Part shown: positions 39,355 through 52,170 of the stretch, piece after piece | Layout of the letters: every line of letters begins with the position of its first letter | How positions within the stretch are numbered: the stretch's first letter is position 1 | From: Squalus acanthias | Lineage: Eukaryota | Direction of reading: 5' to 3' | Assembly: GCA_030390025.1 (NCBI GenBank) | Contig: JASTWF010000036.1 | Location: forward strand, 2,046,001 to 2,110,000 | Length of the DNA stretch: 64,000 bases | The notes under the pieces: model-generated | The model's database searches: none | What the model was told of the DNA's origin: nothing | What the model saw: the letters and a program-made list of their open reading frames with translations, nothing else | Made by a program: the position numbers and the translations under genes

Positions 39355-40100
39355 AGATGTTTCCACTTGTGGGGAGACCAGAACTAGGTGCCATAAATAT
39401 AAGAGAGTCCCTAATAATTCCAATAGGGATTTCAAGAGAAACTTCTTTACCCAGAGAGTGGTGAGAATGTGGAACTCCATACCAGAGGAACAGGAGGAGG
39501 CCATTCGGCCCCTCGAGCCTGTTCCGCCATTCAATGAGATCATGGCTGATCTGCAACCTAACTCCATATACCCGCCTTTGCCCCATATCCCTTAATACCT
39601 TTGGTTAACAAAAAGCTATCAATCTCTGATTTAAAATTAACAATTGATCGAGCATCAACTGCTGTTTGCAGAAGAGAGTTCCAAACTTCGACCACCCTTT
39701 GTGTGTAGAAGTGTTTCCTAACTTCACTCCTGAAAGGTCTGTCTCTAATTTTTAGACTCGGCCCCCTAGTTCTAAAATCCCCAACCAGCGGAAATAGTTT
39801 CTCGCTATCTACCCGCTTAATATCTTGAAAACTTCGATCAGATCACCACTTAACCTTCTAAATGCCAGGGAAGACAACCCTAGTTTGTGTAGTCTCTCCT
39901 CAACCACAAAGAGTGGTTGAGGCGAATAGCACAGATGCATTTAAGGGGAAGCTGGATAAACACATGAGGGAGAAAGGAATAGAGGGTTATGGTGATAGGG
40001 TGAGATGAAGAGGGGTGGGAGGAGGCTCGTGTGGAGCATAAACACCGGCACGGACCAGTTGGGCCGAATGGCCTGTTTCTGTGCTGTAAATACTCTGCAT
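39355..40100. mobile_element. CR1 3' fragment (plus) interrupted by an inverted CR1 3' fragment (about 39488-39900, minus)
   Basis: Plus-strand ...ttctttacccagagagtggtgagaatgtggaactc... resumes near 39903 (ccacaaagagtggttgaggcgaatagc). The intervening piece matches 6050-6315. Confidence 0.75.
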
Positions 40101-40712
40101 GTATGTAATCTGTTTTTGGCGATGTTGGTTGAGGGATGAATGTTGGCCCAGGACACCTGGGAGAAGTTCCCTGTATTCCAAGGGTTGACAGAGGAACAAT
40201 CCGCAGTATTTTGCTAACGGTAAGAGAGCGCAGTTAATGCACTGCTGCCCCCTGGTGAACAAGCTGTCAAAGTGCTACTTGTGTTGTCAGCATTTCAAAT
40301 CTGATGGTTCTGGACAGTCAGGTTTCTGTTTTTGGAAGGATGGTCCATTTTGTTGAGCAGGCTTTTTGCTTCTTTGTAATGGAAATCAGGCAGCAGAAAT
40401 GTGGTTCATTTGGTTGTTTATTACAATAAAATCTCAAATTCAAATCAATCTGAGGGTTTCAAGTGGGTGTAAACCCACCAATCTCCAGGTGGTGTTCAGC
40501 ATTGCCTTGTGGAGCATCTGAGGGTCAATTCCAGTGTGTCACTGGCAGAAGCTTTGATAATGTAAATATGACAATAAATGTAACCTAAAAAACAGATGTC
40601 AGGAGGTGGCCTTTTTGAGCAGTTATTCACCTTCTTGCTTATATCCTCATTTGACCTACCTCTGCTTAACATTTGAACTTGGTTTTTGTATCAGCTTGGC
40701 TCAGTTGTGAAG

Positions 40713-40856
40713 GCGTACCCCAAGACTGGGCCTGTGACAGCTCACTCCAACATGGGGCCTGTGACAGCTCACCCCAACACTGGGCCTGTGACAGCTCACC
40801 CCAAGACTGGGCCTGTGACAGCTCACCCCAACACTGGGCCTGTGAGAGCGTACCCC
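40713..40856. repeat. 27-bp tandem repeat, about 5 copies
   Basis: Unit approximately cccaa(g/c)actgggcctgtgacagctca. The sequence gcgtacccc occurs at both ends. Confidence 0.85.
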
Positions 40857-42398
40857 TAAACTTGCCATGAGGTGAGGCCATCGATCTCAGGTTATCGGCC
40901 TTCATGATGCTTACTGGGAGTCAATATTTGCTTTTGCCTAAACCAGCAAAAATTCAATTGAGCATTTGAAAATGATTGTTCAGAGAGACTGGGATCTTGG
41001 TCCAGCACGATAGATGTTCAGTACCTAATAGAATTTGCATTTCTGCACCGCATCAGGAGACGAGCAGGAGTTGGGCCTACCAGAATGTGTTTCAAAACGA
41101 GATCTTTTTTTCAAATGGAAAAACCCAGGCCTTGTCTGCACATGGTGGGTAGTGAAAGAAGTCAGCGCAATAGACCAATCGGAAACAAAACACTTGTGTG
41201 TAGGGGGAAGCTTCCGATTACCCAGCATTTCTCATCATCGGTCGACCAATGTGGTGGATTCCTGAGATCTCATTGTATTGGGCGCTGAAGAAATAAAATG
41301 AAAGGGTGCTGATGGGACAAATAAAGGGGGTAAACTCCAAATGCTGGGAAGAAAAGTTAATGCTTTGAGATACATGAAAGACTAACCCATCCTTTCTCCG
41401 ACCTGCCGTATACTTCCAGTGTGTTCTGGTTTTATTTCCGATACTGAAATCCTATCCCGATTAATTTTTTAAGATTCGTTTTTTATGGGATGTGGGCGTC
41501 GCTGGCAAGGCCAGCATTTATTGCCCATCCCTAATTGCCCTTGAAAAGGTGGTGGTGAGCCGTCTTCTTGAACCGCGGCAGTCCTTAAGCGATTTAGATG
41601 GTGAGAATCTCCTCAGTATTTGATTCCTGAAGGTCATGAGCCAAGGGGTTGACTGCAGCAAGAAGTGAGTTGCTTTTAATTGGGATATTCAACAAAGGAT
41701 GGAAGGGATGATGAAAGAACCTGTTAATTGAATCCTGAATTTTTCCAAGCAATGGGAGTTCCGCCTCCAACGTGCTTGGAACCACCTGATGTTCTGGGAT
41801 TGGAGAAAGTAGCAGGATGATTCCTCCATTCGCACCCATTATGGAGGTGACGGGACACAGGAACACACGTCACTTAAAGGTTTCTGTTGCAAAAATCACA
41901 AAAAATGTTGGATGTTCAGTAATAAATGGGTGTACTATCTATCAGGATGTTCAGTATGGGAGCAGTGATTAAAGTGGCATTCGTTATGAAGTATACTTGA
42001 TCTTTTTTGCCATGTTAATGGTAGCAGAGTCTGCCCCTACTCCTTAGCAAGAATGAAACTACTCTATAATAATCACTAAGTTATAACATGGTTGCTCTGT
42101 TACTGAGCAGTATGGTTAAGCTCTGCCTGCGTGCGTATAGAACTTACTTTCACTCAACCTGTAGCTGTAGACGGAGAAAGACAGATAGCAAGTTAACAGT
42201 ATATCGGGCTGCGTGCGGGGTTGACTATGCCATCATACGTTTTGTGGTAACTGTGAACTAGAGACCAGGAGCGGGAAAGACAAAGGTTGTTGAAGAGCTG
42301 GAATAGCATTCCAGAGCCTTCTAGCTCACTTTTTAAATTCAATGCAGATCGTGTGACTTTGAAGGTAGCCCAATTTTCCCAGCCGATCCCTCCTCGGT

Positions 42399-45300
42399 TC
42401 ACTTATTTAAATCTCAGCAGTATAAATAAGAGAGACTAGAGTGCAGTTTGTCACGGAGTGCAGATTTGGAATAGAGTGCTAAGCTGCGAGTTTGGTGAGT
42501 GAGGGAGTAACTCTTAAAGGTTAATCTCTTATTTTTATAAATTCTAGTCTTGTGTGCTTGCAATTAGCATTTAAATTTACTGTTTCAAGTTTTAAGTTTC
42601 TTCCAGGCTTGGGCAGGGCTAAGCAAGCTCTGTGCTGGAGAGCAGGTGATAGTAATTAATTAATTAACTGGTCTAATTGGGTTCTGTAACTGCCAGAGAG
42701 CTCACTTATTTAAATCTCAGCAGTATAAATAAGAGAGACTAGAGTGCAGTTTGTCACGGAGTGCAGATTTGGAATAGAGTGCTAAGCTGCGAGTTTGGTG
42801 AGTGAGGGAGTAACTCTTAAAGGTTAATCTCTTATTTTTATAAATTCTAGTCTTGTGTGCTTGCAATTAGCATTTAAATTTACTGTTTCAAGTTTTAAGT
42901 TTCTTCCAGGCTTGGGCAGGGCTAAGCAAGCTCTGTGCTGGAGAGCAGGTGATAGTAATTAATTAATTAACTGGTCTAATTGGGTTCTGTAACTGCCAGA
43001 GAGCTCACTTATTTAAATCTCAGCAGTATAAATAAGAGAGACTAGAGTGCAGTTTGTCACGGAGTGCAGATTTGGAATAGAGTGCTAAGCTGCGAGTTTG
43101 GTGAGTGAGGGAGTAACTCTTAAAGGTTAATCTCTTATTTTTATAAATTCTAGTCTTGTGTGCTTGCAATTAGCATTTAAATTTACTGTTTCAAGTTTTA
43201 AGTTTCTTCCAGGCTTGGGCAGGGCTAAGCAAGCTCTGTGCTGGAGAGCAGGTGATAGTAATTAATTAATTAACTGGTCTAATTGGGTTCTGTAACTGCC
43301 AGAGAGCTCACTTATTTAAATCTCAGCAGTATAAATAAGAGAGACTAGAGTGCAGTTTGTCACGGAGTGCAGATTTGGAATAGAGTGCTAAGCTGCGAGT
43401 TTGGTGAGTGAGGGAGTAACTCTTAAAGGTTAATCTCTTATTTTTATAAATTCTAGTCTTGTGTGCTTGCAATTAGCATTTAAATTTACTGTTTCAAGTT
43501 TTAAGTTTCTTCCAGGCTTGGGCAGGGCTAAGCAAGCTCTGTGCTGGAGAGCAGGTGATAGTAATTAATTAATTAACTGGTCTAATTGGGTTCTGTAACT
43601 GCCAGAGAGCTCACTTATTTAAATCTCAGCAGTATAAATAAGAGAGACTAGAGTGCAGTTTGTCACGGAGTGCAGATTTGGAATAGAGTGCTAAGCTGCG
43701 AGTTTGGTGAGTGAGGGAGTAACTCTTAAAGGTTAATCTCTTATTTTTATAAATTCTAGTCTTGTGTGCTTGCAATTAGCATTTAAATTTACTGTTTCAA
43801 GTTTTAAGTTTCTTCCAGGCTTGGGCAGGGCTAAGCAAGCTCTGTGCTGGAGAGCAGGTGATAGTAATTAATTAATTAACTGGTCTAATTGGGTTCTGTA
43901 ACTGCCAGAGAGCTCACTTATTTAAATCTCAGCAGTATAAATAAGAGAGACTAGAGTGCAGTTTGTCACGGAGTGCAGATTTGGAATAGAGTGCTAAGCT
44001 GCGAGTTTGGTGAGTGAGGGAGTAACTCTTAAAGGTTAATCTCTTATTTTTATAAATTCTAGTCTTGTGTGCTTGCAATTAGCATTTAAATTTACTGTTT
44101 CAAGTTTTAAGTTTCTTCCAGGCTTGGGCAGGGCTAAGCAAGCTCTGTGCTGGAGAGCAGGTGATAGTAATTAATTAATTAACTGGTCTAATTGGGTTCT
44201 GTAACTGCCAGAGAGCTCACTTATTTAAATCTCAGCAGTATAAATAAGAGAGACTAGAGTGCAGTTTGTCACGGAGTGCAGATTTGGAATAGAGTGCTAA
44301 GCTGCGAGTTTGGTGAGTGAGGGAGTAACTCTTAAAGGTTAATCTCTTATTTTTATAAATTCTAGTCTTGTGTGCTTGCAATTAGCATTTAAATTTACTG
44401 TTTCAAGTTTTAAGTTTCTTCCAGGCTTGGGCAGGGCTAAGCAAGCTCTGTGCTGGAGAGCAGGTGATAGTAATTAATTAATTAACTGGTCTAATTGGGT
44501 TCTGTAACTGCCAGAGAGCTCACTTATTTAAATCTCAGCAGTATAAATAAGAGAGACTAGAGTGCAGTTTGTCACGGAGTGCAGATTTGGAATAGAGTGC
44601 TAAGCTGCGAGTTTGGTGAGTGAGGGAGTAACTCTTAAAGGTTAATCTCTTATTTTTATAAATTCTAGTCTTGTGTGCTTGCAATTAGCATTTAAATTTA
44701 CTGTTTCAAGTTTTAAGTTTCTTCCAGGCTTGGGCAGGGCTAAGCAAGCTCTGTGCTGGAGAGCAGGTGATAGTAATTAATTAATTAACTGGTCTAATTG
44801 GGTTCTGTAACTGCCAGAGAGCTCACTTATTTAAATCTCAGCAGTATAAATAAGAGAGACTAGAGTGCAGTTTGTCACGGAGTGCAGATTTGGAATAGAG
44901 TGCTAAGCTGCGAGTTTGGTGAGTGAGGGAGTAACTCTTAAAGGTTAATCTCTTATTTTTATAAATTCTAGTCTTGTGTGCTTGCAATTAGCATTTAAAT
45001 TTACTGTTTCAAGTTTTAAGTTTCTTCCAGGCTTGGGCAGGGCTAAGCAAGCTCTGTGCTGGAGAGCAGGTGATAGTAATTAATTAATTAACTGGTCTAA
45101 TTGGGTTCTGTAACTGCCAGAGAGCTCACTTATTTAAATCTCAGCAGTATAAATAAGAGAGACTAGAGTGCAGTTTGTCACGGAGTGCAGATTTGGAATA
45201 GAGTGCTAAGCTGCGAGTTTGGTGAGTGAGGGAGTAACTCTTAAAGGTTAATCTCTTATTTTTATAAATTCTAGTCTTGTGTGCTTGCAATTAGCATTTA

Positions 45301-46750
45301 AATTTACTGTTTCAAGTTTTAAGTTTCTTCCAGGCTTGGGCAGGGCTAAGCAAGCTCTGTGCTGGAGAGCAGGTGATAGTAATTAATTAATTAACTGGTC
45401 TAATTGGGTTCTGTAACTGCCAGAGAGCTCACTTATTTAAATCTCAGCAGTATAAATAAGAGAGACTAGAGTGCAGTTTGTCACGGAGTGCAGATTTGGA
45501 ATAGAGTGCTAAGCTGCGAGTTTGGTGAGTGAGGGAGTAACTCTTAAAGGTTAATCTCTTATTTTTATAAATTCTAGTCTTGTGTGCTTGCAATTAGCAT
45601 TTAAATTTACTGTTTCAAGTTTTAAGTTTCTTCCAGGCTTGGGCAGGGCTAAGCAAGCTCTGTGCTGGAGAGCAGGTGATAGTAATTAATTAATTAACTG
45701 GTCTAATTGGGTTCTGTAACTGCCAGAGAGCTCACTTATTTAAATCTCAGCAGTATAAATAAGAGAGACTAGAGTGCAGTTTGTCACGGAGTGCAGATTT
45801 GGAATAGAGTGCTAAGCTGCGAGTTTGGTGAGTGAGGGAGTAACTCTTAAAGGTTAATCTCTTATTTTTATAAATTCTAGTCTTGTGTGCTTGCAATTAG
45901 CATTTAAATTTACTGTTTCAAGTTTTAAGTTTCTTCCAGGCTTGGGCAGGGCTAAGCAAGCTCTGTGCTGGAGAGCAGGTGATAGTAATTAATTAATTAA
46001 CTGGTCTAATTGGGTTCTGTAACTGCCAGAGAGCTCACTTATTTAAATCTCAGCAGTATAAATAAGAGAGACTAGAGTGCAGTTTGTCACGGAGTGCAGA
46101 TTTGGAATAGAGTGCTAAGCTGCGAGTTTGGTGAGTGAGGGAGTAACTCTTAAAGGTTAATCTCTTATTTTTATAAATTCTAGTCTTGTGTGCTTGCAAT
46201 TAGCATTTAAATTTACTGTTTCAAGTTTTAAGTTTCTTCCAGGCTTGGGCAGGGCTAAGCAAGCTCTGTGCTGGAGAGCAGGTGATAGTAATTAATTAAT
46301 TAACTGGTCTAATTGGGTTCTGTAACTGCCAGAGAGCTCACTTATTTAAATCTCAGCAGTATAAATAAGAGAGACTAGAGTGCAGTTTGTCACGGAGTGC
46401 AGATTTGGAATAGAGTGCTAAGCTGCGAGTTTGGTGAGTGAGGGAGTAACTCTTAAAGGTTAATCTCTTATTTTTATAAATTCTAGTCTTGTGTGCTTGC
46501 AATTAGCATTTAAATTTACTGTTTCAAGTTTTAAGTTTCTTCCAGGCTTGGGCAGGGCTAAGCAAGCTCTGTGCTGGAGAGCAGGTGATAGTAATTAATT
46601 AATTAACTGGTCTAATTGGGTTCTGTAACTGCCAGAGAGCTCACTTATTTAAATCTCAGCAGTATAAATAAGAGAGACTAGAGTGCAGTTTGTCACGGAG
46701 TGCAGATTTGGAATAGAGTGCTAAGCTGCGAGTTTGGTGAGTGAGGGAGT
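42399..46750 (+). repeat. 303-bp tandem array, 14 full units plus a partial 15th, forming the 5' end of a CR1
   Basis: acttatttaaatctcagcag recurs at 42401, 42704, 43007 ... 46643, an exact 303-bp period. I saw no variants by eye. Confidence 0.97.
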
Positions 46751-47167
46751 TCGGGGAGGGAGGTGTGCCTTCCTTTTTCCATCTTTGTCAGGTTCCTGGT
46801 GCGGCGGCGGACCTGTGTGAGGTGAGGCGGCGGTAAAGGTTTTAAAAGGCTCCAGAGACCAGGTAAGGCGGGACCAGTCTCCGAACTTGGAGGGAGGGAG
46901 AGAGGTAAAAAAAATCGAGGTGTGACATCACCAGAAAGCAGGTAAGTAATTGGTTGGTGAGTATTTCTCTCTTTTTAAACTTAAACTCTGTGGGTTATAG
47001 TTAATAAGGCCTTTCTGGTGCAGAGTGACTGTTGGTAAACCATTTAACTGGTGTAATTTAGAGGGATTGATTTAATTTAAATCCAATTAATTAGAGGGTA
47101 TACTAGCATCTATAATCGGGCAGAGTGTCCATAACTAACAATAAATTTTTTAAATTAATTACATAGA

Positions 47168-48119
47168 ATGGAGCAGGTGATGTGTTACTGTTGCGAGATG
47201 TGGGAGCCGGTGGACCCCATTGAGGCTCACGGTGATTACATATGTGACAAGTGTCTGCTGCTACAGGAACTCCAGCTCCATGTTGATGAGCTGGAGTCTG
47301 AGCTTCAGACACTGACGCATCAGGGAGGGGGAGAAGTACCTGGACTTTGTGTTTCAGGAGGTGGTCACACCTATGAAGTTATTTAATTCAGATGTAGCCC
47401 ATGGTCAGGGACAGGACGGTGTGACTACGAGTGAGGCAGGTACGGGGATCCAGGAGGTAGTGTTGGAGGAGCCGCAGCCCTTGCTCTTGTCCAACAGGTT
47501 CGAGGTTCTTACTCCCTGTGGGGACAGGAGCAGGGACTGCAGGGAGGATGAGCAACCTGGCCACAGCACCGTGGAACGGGGGGCCATTCAAGAGGGGGGA
47601 GTAAATAGAAATGTTGTAGTGGTAGGGGATAGTATTATTAGGGGGATAGATAGAGTTCTCTGCAGCCGAGAGCAAGAGTCCCGTAGGCTGTGTTGCCTGC
47701 CCGGTGCCAGGGTTAAGGACATCTCCTCTGGGCTGGAAAGAAACTTGCAGTGGGAGGGGGTGGATCCAGTTGTCGTGGTCCATGTTGGTACAAACGACGT
47801 AGATAGGACAAGGAAGCAGGTTCTGTTAAAGGAGTATGAGCAGCTAGGGGTCAAATTTAAAAACAGAACCTCAAGGGTATTAATCTCTGGATTATTACCT
47901 GAGCCACGAGCGAATTTGGCTAGGACAAATAAAATTAGAGAGTTAAATGAGTGGCTCAAAGACTGGTGTGGGAGAAATGGGTTTTGCTTCCTGGGACACT
48001 GGCACCAGTACTGGGGCAGGAGGGAGCTGTTCCGTTGGGACGGGCTTCACTTGGCCAGTGCTGGGACTAGAGTCCTGGCGGATCATATAACTAGGGCTGT
48101 AGAGAGGGCTTTAAACTAA
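47168..48119 (+). pseudogene. CR1-A ORF1 (zinc finger / leucine zipper plus SGNH esterase), one frameshift
   Basis: CxxC...CxxC followed by heptad leucines. A frameshift near 47315 leads into IREGEKYLDFVFQEVVTP. Esterase motifs GDSI, PGA, HVGTND and DGLHL are present. Confidence 0.9.
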
Positions 48120-48347
48120 CTAGTGGGGGGGAGGTTCCTAGAGAGCAAATAATAAAAATGACAACAGAGAAGGTCATAGACTTAGGTAGCAGTGGGGAAA
48201 TTAAAAACCAGAGTGTGTCAGGAAGGGGCAGAAGGTATGGAGTAAAAGGTAAAGTAATAAAAAGGGCAAAAGCAGGAACTAAGTGTCACAAAACATATTT
48301 GAAAGTTCTCTATCTGAATGCACGTAGCATTCGTAACAAAATAGATG

Positions 48348-51300
48348 GGAAAAAGGGCTGTAGTCCAGGAGCCAGTGGTGAGTGTAGGGAGGTACTGAGG
48401 AGGGTATCAAGGTCGCAGGAATGTACCGGCAGACAGGAAGATGGCTTGAAGTGTGTCTACTTCAATGCAAGGAGCATCTGGAATAAGGTAGGAGAACTTG
48501 GAGCGTGGATTGGTACTTGGGACTACGATGTGGTGGCCATTACGGAGACATGGTTAGAACAGGGACAGGAATGGTTGTTGGAAGTTCCGGGGTATAGATG
48601 TTTCAGTAAGAGTAGGGAAGTTGGTAAGAAAGGTGGAGGAGTAGCATTGTTAATCAAGGATAGTTTAACAGCGGCAGAAAGGCAGTTCGAGGGGGATCTG
48701 CCGTCTGAGGTAATATGGGCTGAAGTTAGAAATAGGAAAGGAGCGGTCACGTTGTTAGGAGTTTTCTACAGGCCCCCAAATAGTAATAGAGATGTGGAGG
48801 AAGAAATTGCAAAGCAGATTATGAATAGGTGTGGAGGTCACAGAGTAGTTGTCATGGGTGACTTCAACTTTCCAAATATTGATTGGAACCTTTATAGGTC
48901 AAACAGTTCGGATGGGATAGTTTTTGCACAGTGTGTGCAGGAGGGTTTCCTGACACAATATGTGGATAGGCCGACAAGAGCTGGGGCCACGTTGGATTTG
49001 GTACTGGGTAATGAACCGGGCCAAGTGTTTGATTTGTATGTGGGAGAGCACTTTGGAGATAGTGACCACAATTCGGTAACTTTCACTATTGCAATGGAGA
49101 GGGATAGGGCCATACGGCAGGGCAGGGTTTATAATTGGGGGAGGGGTAATTATGATGCGATTAGGCAAGAATTAGGGAGTATAAGATGGGAACAGAAACT
49201 ATCAGGGAAAGGCACAAACGAAAAGTGGAGCTTTTTCATGGAGCAATTACTGCGTGTCCTTGATAGGTATGTCCCTGTCAGGCAGGGAGGAAATGGCCGA
49301 GTGAGAGAACCATGGTTCACAAAAGAGGTTGAATGTCTAGTCAAGAGGAAAAAGGAAGCGTATGTAAGGATGAGAAAACAAGGTTCAGTTGGGTCGATTG
49401 AGGGGTACAAGGTAGCAAGGAATGAGCTAAAAAAAGAGCTTAGGAGAGCTAGGAGGGGGCATGAGAAGTCCTTGGCGGGTCGGATCAAGAAAAACCCCAA
49501 GGCCTTTTACTCTTATGTGAGAAATAAAAGAATGACCAGGGTGAGGGTAGGGCCGGTCAAGGACAGTAGTGGGAACTTGTGCATGGAGTCAGAAGAGATA
49601 GGAGAGGTGATGAATGAATACTTTTTGTCAGTGTTCACCGAGGAGAGGGGCCATGTTCTTGAGGATGAGAGTGTGATAAAGGTGGATAGGCTGGAGGTGG
49701 TAGATGTTCTGAGGGAAGATGTTTTAGCAATTTTGAAGAACCTGAGGGTCGATAAGTCCCCTGGGCCAGATGGGATATATCCTAGGATTCTTTGGGAGGC
49801 AAGGGAGGAGATTGCAGAGCCTCTGGCTTTGATCTTTGGGTCCTCACTGTCCACGGGAATGGTGCCAGAGGACTGGAGAGTGGCGAATGTTGTTCCTCTC
49901 TTCAAGAAAGGAAATAGGAATGACCCTGGTAATTATAGGCCGGTTAGTCTTACTTCGGTGGTTGGTAAGATAATGGAAAAGGTCCTGAGGGATAGGATTT
50001 ATGACCATTTGGAAAGGGGCAACTTAATCAGGGATAGTCAACACGGATTCGTGAAGGGTAAGTCTTGCCTAACAAATTTGATTGAATTCTTTGAGGAGGT
50101 AACTAAGTGTGTGGATGAAGGTAGAGCGGTTGATGTCGTATACATGGATTTTAGTAAGGCGTTTGATAAGGTTCCCCATGGTCGGCTCATGAAGAAAGTA
50201 AGGAGTTGTGGGATAGAGGGAAATTTGGCCGATTGGATAAGTAACTGGCTATCTCATAGAAAATTGAGAGGTCGCACAACACCAGGTTATAGTCCAACAG
50301 TTTTATTTGAAATCACAAGCTTTCGGAGCTATCGATTGCTCCTTCCTCAGGTGAAGTAAATTAGATACAGAATCGCCAAAGCATATATAGATAGAGAACA
50401 AAGCATGTGTATCTTACAATTGCAGACCACTAAATTAAATCATCCTGACTATCTGCCGAGGTGTGATAAAGTTAATTAAGTCAGCCAGGAAGGTACCACA
50501 TCAAAGACATAGCAAGATACAACTGAGACAATGAGGTGTAGTCGCAGGGGTTCTAACGTGTCAAAAGCTGCCGTCTGTATGTAAAACGAAAAGCTTTAAA
50601 ATTTTTACTTTTTTACTGGGAAAATTTTTACTTTTTTACTGGGAATCACATCTGTGAACAAGCTAACGACGACTCGAGTCCGGATCACGTCATGTATCGT
50701 GACATAAACCCAAGATCCCGATTGAGACCGTCTTCATGAGTGCGGAACTTGGCTATCAGTTTCTGCTCGATGATTTTGCGTTGTCGTGTGTTTCTAAGGT
50801 TGCCTTGGAGAACGCTTACCCGCAGATCCGAGGCTGAATGTCCTTGACTGCTGAAGTGTTCCCCGACTGGGAGGTAACAATCCTGCCTGGCGATTGTTGC
50901 GCGGTGCTCGTTCATACGTTGTCTCAGTGTCTGCATGGTCTCGCCGATGTACCATGCCTTTGGCGATTCTGTATCTAATTTACTTCACCTGAGGAAGGAG
51001 CAATCGATAGCTCCGAAAGCTTGTGATTTCAAATAAAACTGTTGGACTATAACCTGGTGTTGTGCGACCTCTCAATTTTGTCCACCCCAGTCCAACACCG
51101 GCATCTCCGCATCATATCTCATAGAAGGCAGAGGGTGGTGGTGGATGGAACATTTTCGGACTGGAGACCAGTTACCAGCGGTGTGCCACAGGGGTCGGTG
51201 CTGGGTCCTCTGCTGTTTGTGATTTTTATCAATGACTTGGAGGAGGGGACTGAAGGGTGGCTCAGTAAATTTGCTGATGACACCAAGATTGGTGGAGCAG

Positions 51301-52170
51301 TGGATGAGGTGGAGGGCTGTTGTAGGCTGCAAAGAGACATTGATAGGATGCAGAGCTGGGCCGAAAAATGGCAGATGGAATTTAACCCTGATAAGTGCGA
51401 GGTGATTCATTTTGGTAGGGCAAATTTGAATAAGGATTACAGGGTCAACGGCAGGGTTCTGAGGAACGTGGAGGAACAGAGGGATCTGGGGGTTCATATC
51501 CACAGATCTCTGAAGGTTGCCACTCAAGTGGATAGAGCAGTAAAGAAGGCCTATGGTGTGTTGGCGTTTATTAACAGAGGGTTTGAGTTTAAGAACCATG
51601 AGGTTATGCTGCAACTGTACAGGACCTTCGTGAGACCACATTTGGAATATTGTGTGCAGTTCTGGTCACCTCACTATAGGAAGGACGTGGAAGCATTGGA
51701 AAGAGTGCAAAGGAGATTTACCAGGATGCTGCCTGGTTTGGGGGGGGAGGTCTTATGAGGAAAGATTGAGGGAGTTGGGGCTTTTCTCTTTAGAGCGGAG
51801 GAGGATGAGAGGCGACTTAATAGAGGTTTATAAGATGATGAGGGGGATAGATAGAGTGGATATTCAGAGACTATTTCCTCGGGTAGAGGCAGCTGTTACA
51901 AGGGGGCATAACTATAAGGTGCATGGGGGGAGATATAGAAGGGATGTCCGAGGTAGATTCTTTACTCAGAGTGGTTGGGGTGTGGAATGGACTGCCTGCT
52001 GTGATAGTGGAGTCGGACACTTTAGGAACTTTCAAGCGGTTATTGGATAAGCACATGGAGCACACCAGAGTGATAGGGAGTGTGATAGCTTGATCTTGGT
52101 CTCGGACAATGCTCGGCACAACATCGAGGGCCGAAGGGCCTGTACTGTGCTGTACTGTTCTATGTTCTAT
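48348..52170 (+). mobile_element. CR1 LINE 'B' (5'-truncated, whole ORF2) inserted in the CR1-A endonuclease
   Basis: It has its own APE start (YFNARSI), an RT domain, a 3' stem-loop and a ttctatgttctat tail. The host sequence NKID | LMAQ is split around it. Frameshifts near 51749 and 51970. Confidence 0.93.
50262..51114. mobile_element. PLE family 1 insertion with inverted pseudo-LTRs and a GIY-YIG C-terminal fragment
   Basis: 12-bp TSD tatctcatagaa at 50250-50261 and 51115-51126, with about 120-bp inverted arms. Minus-strand WYIGETMQTLRQRMNEH...EQKLIAKFRTHEDGLN at 50685-50955. Confidence 0.93.

Noticed and set aside
40870..40970. COX14 candidate (a GY..SMML-like look)
   Set aside because: The motifs are not in one frame, and there is no LTxYGGYLC-like continuation.
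38532..41284. Possible minus-strand gene: splice-like segments at 41025-41284 and 38532-38681, and ORF 38886-39269
   Set aside because: No recognisable protein similarity, and the 41025-41284 segment has stops in all frames. A lncRNA cannot be excluded without expression data.
42399..46750. CRISPR-like array
   Set aside because: The units are fully repeated with no unique spacers, the context is eukaryotic, and there are no cas genes.
48158..50359. The 733-aa ORF as a single intact gene
   Set aside because: It is a chimera of CR1-A, CR1-B and a PLE arm, and it stops in the middle of the RT domain.
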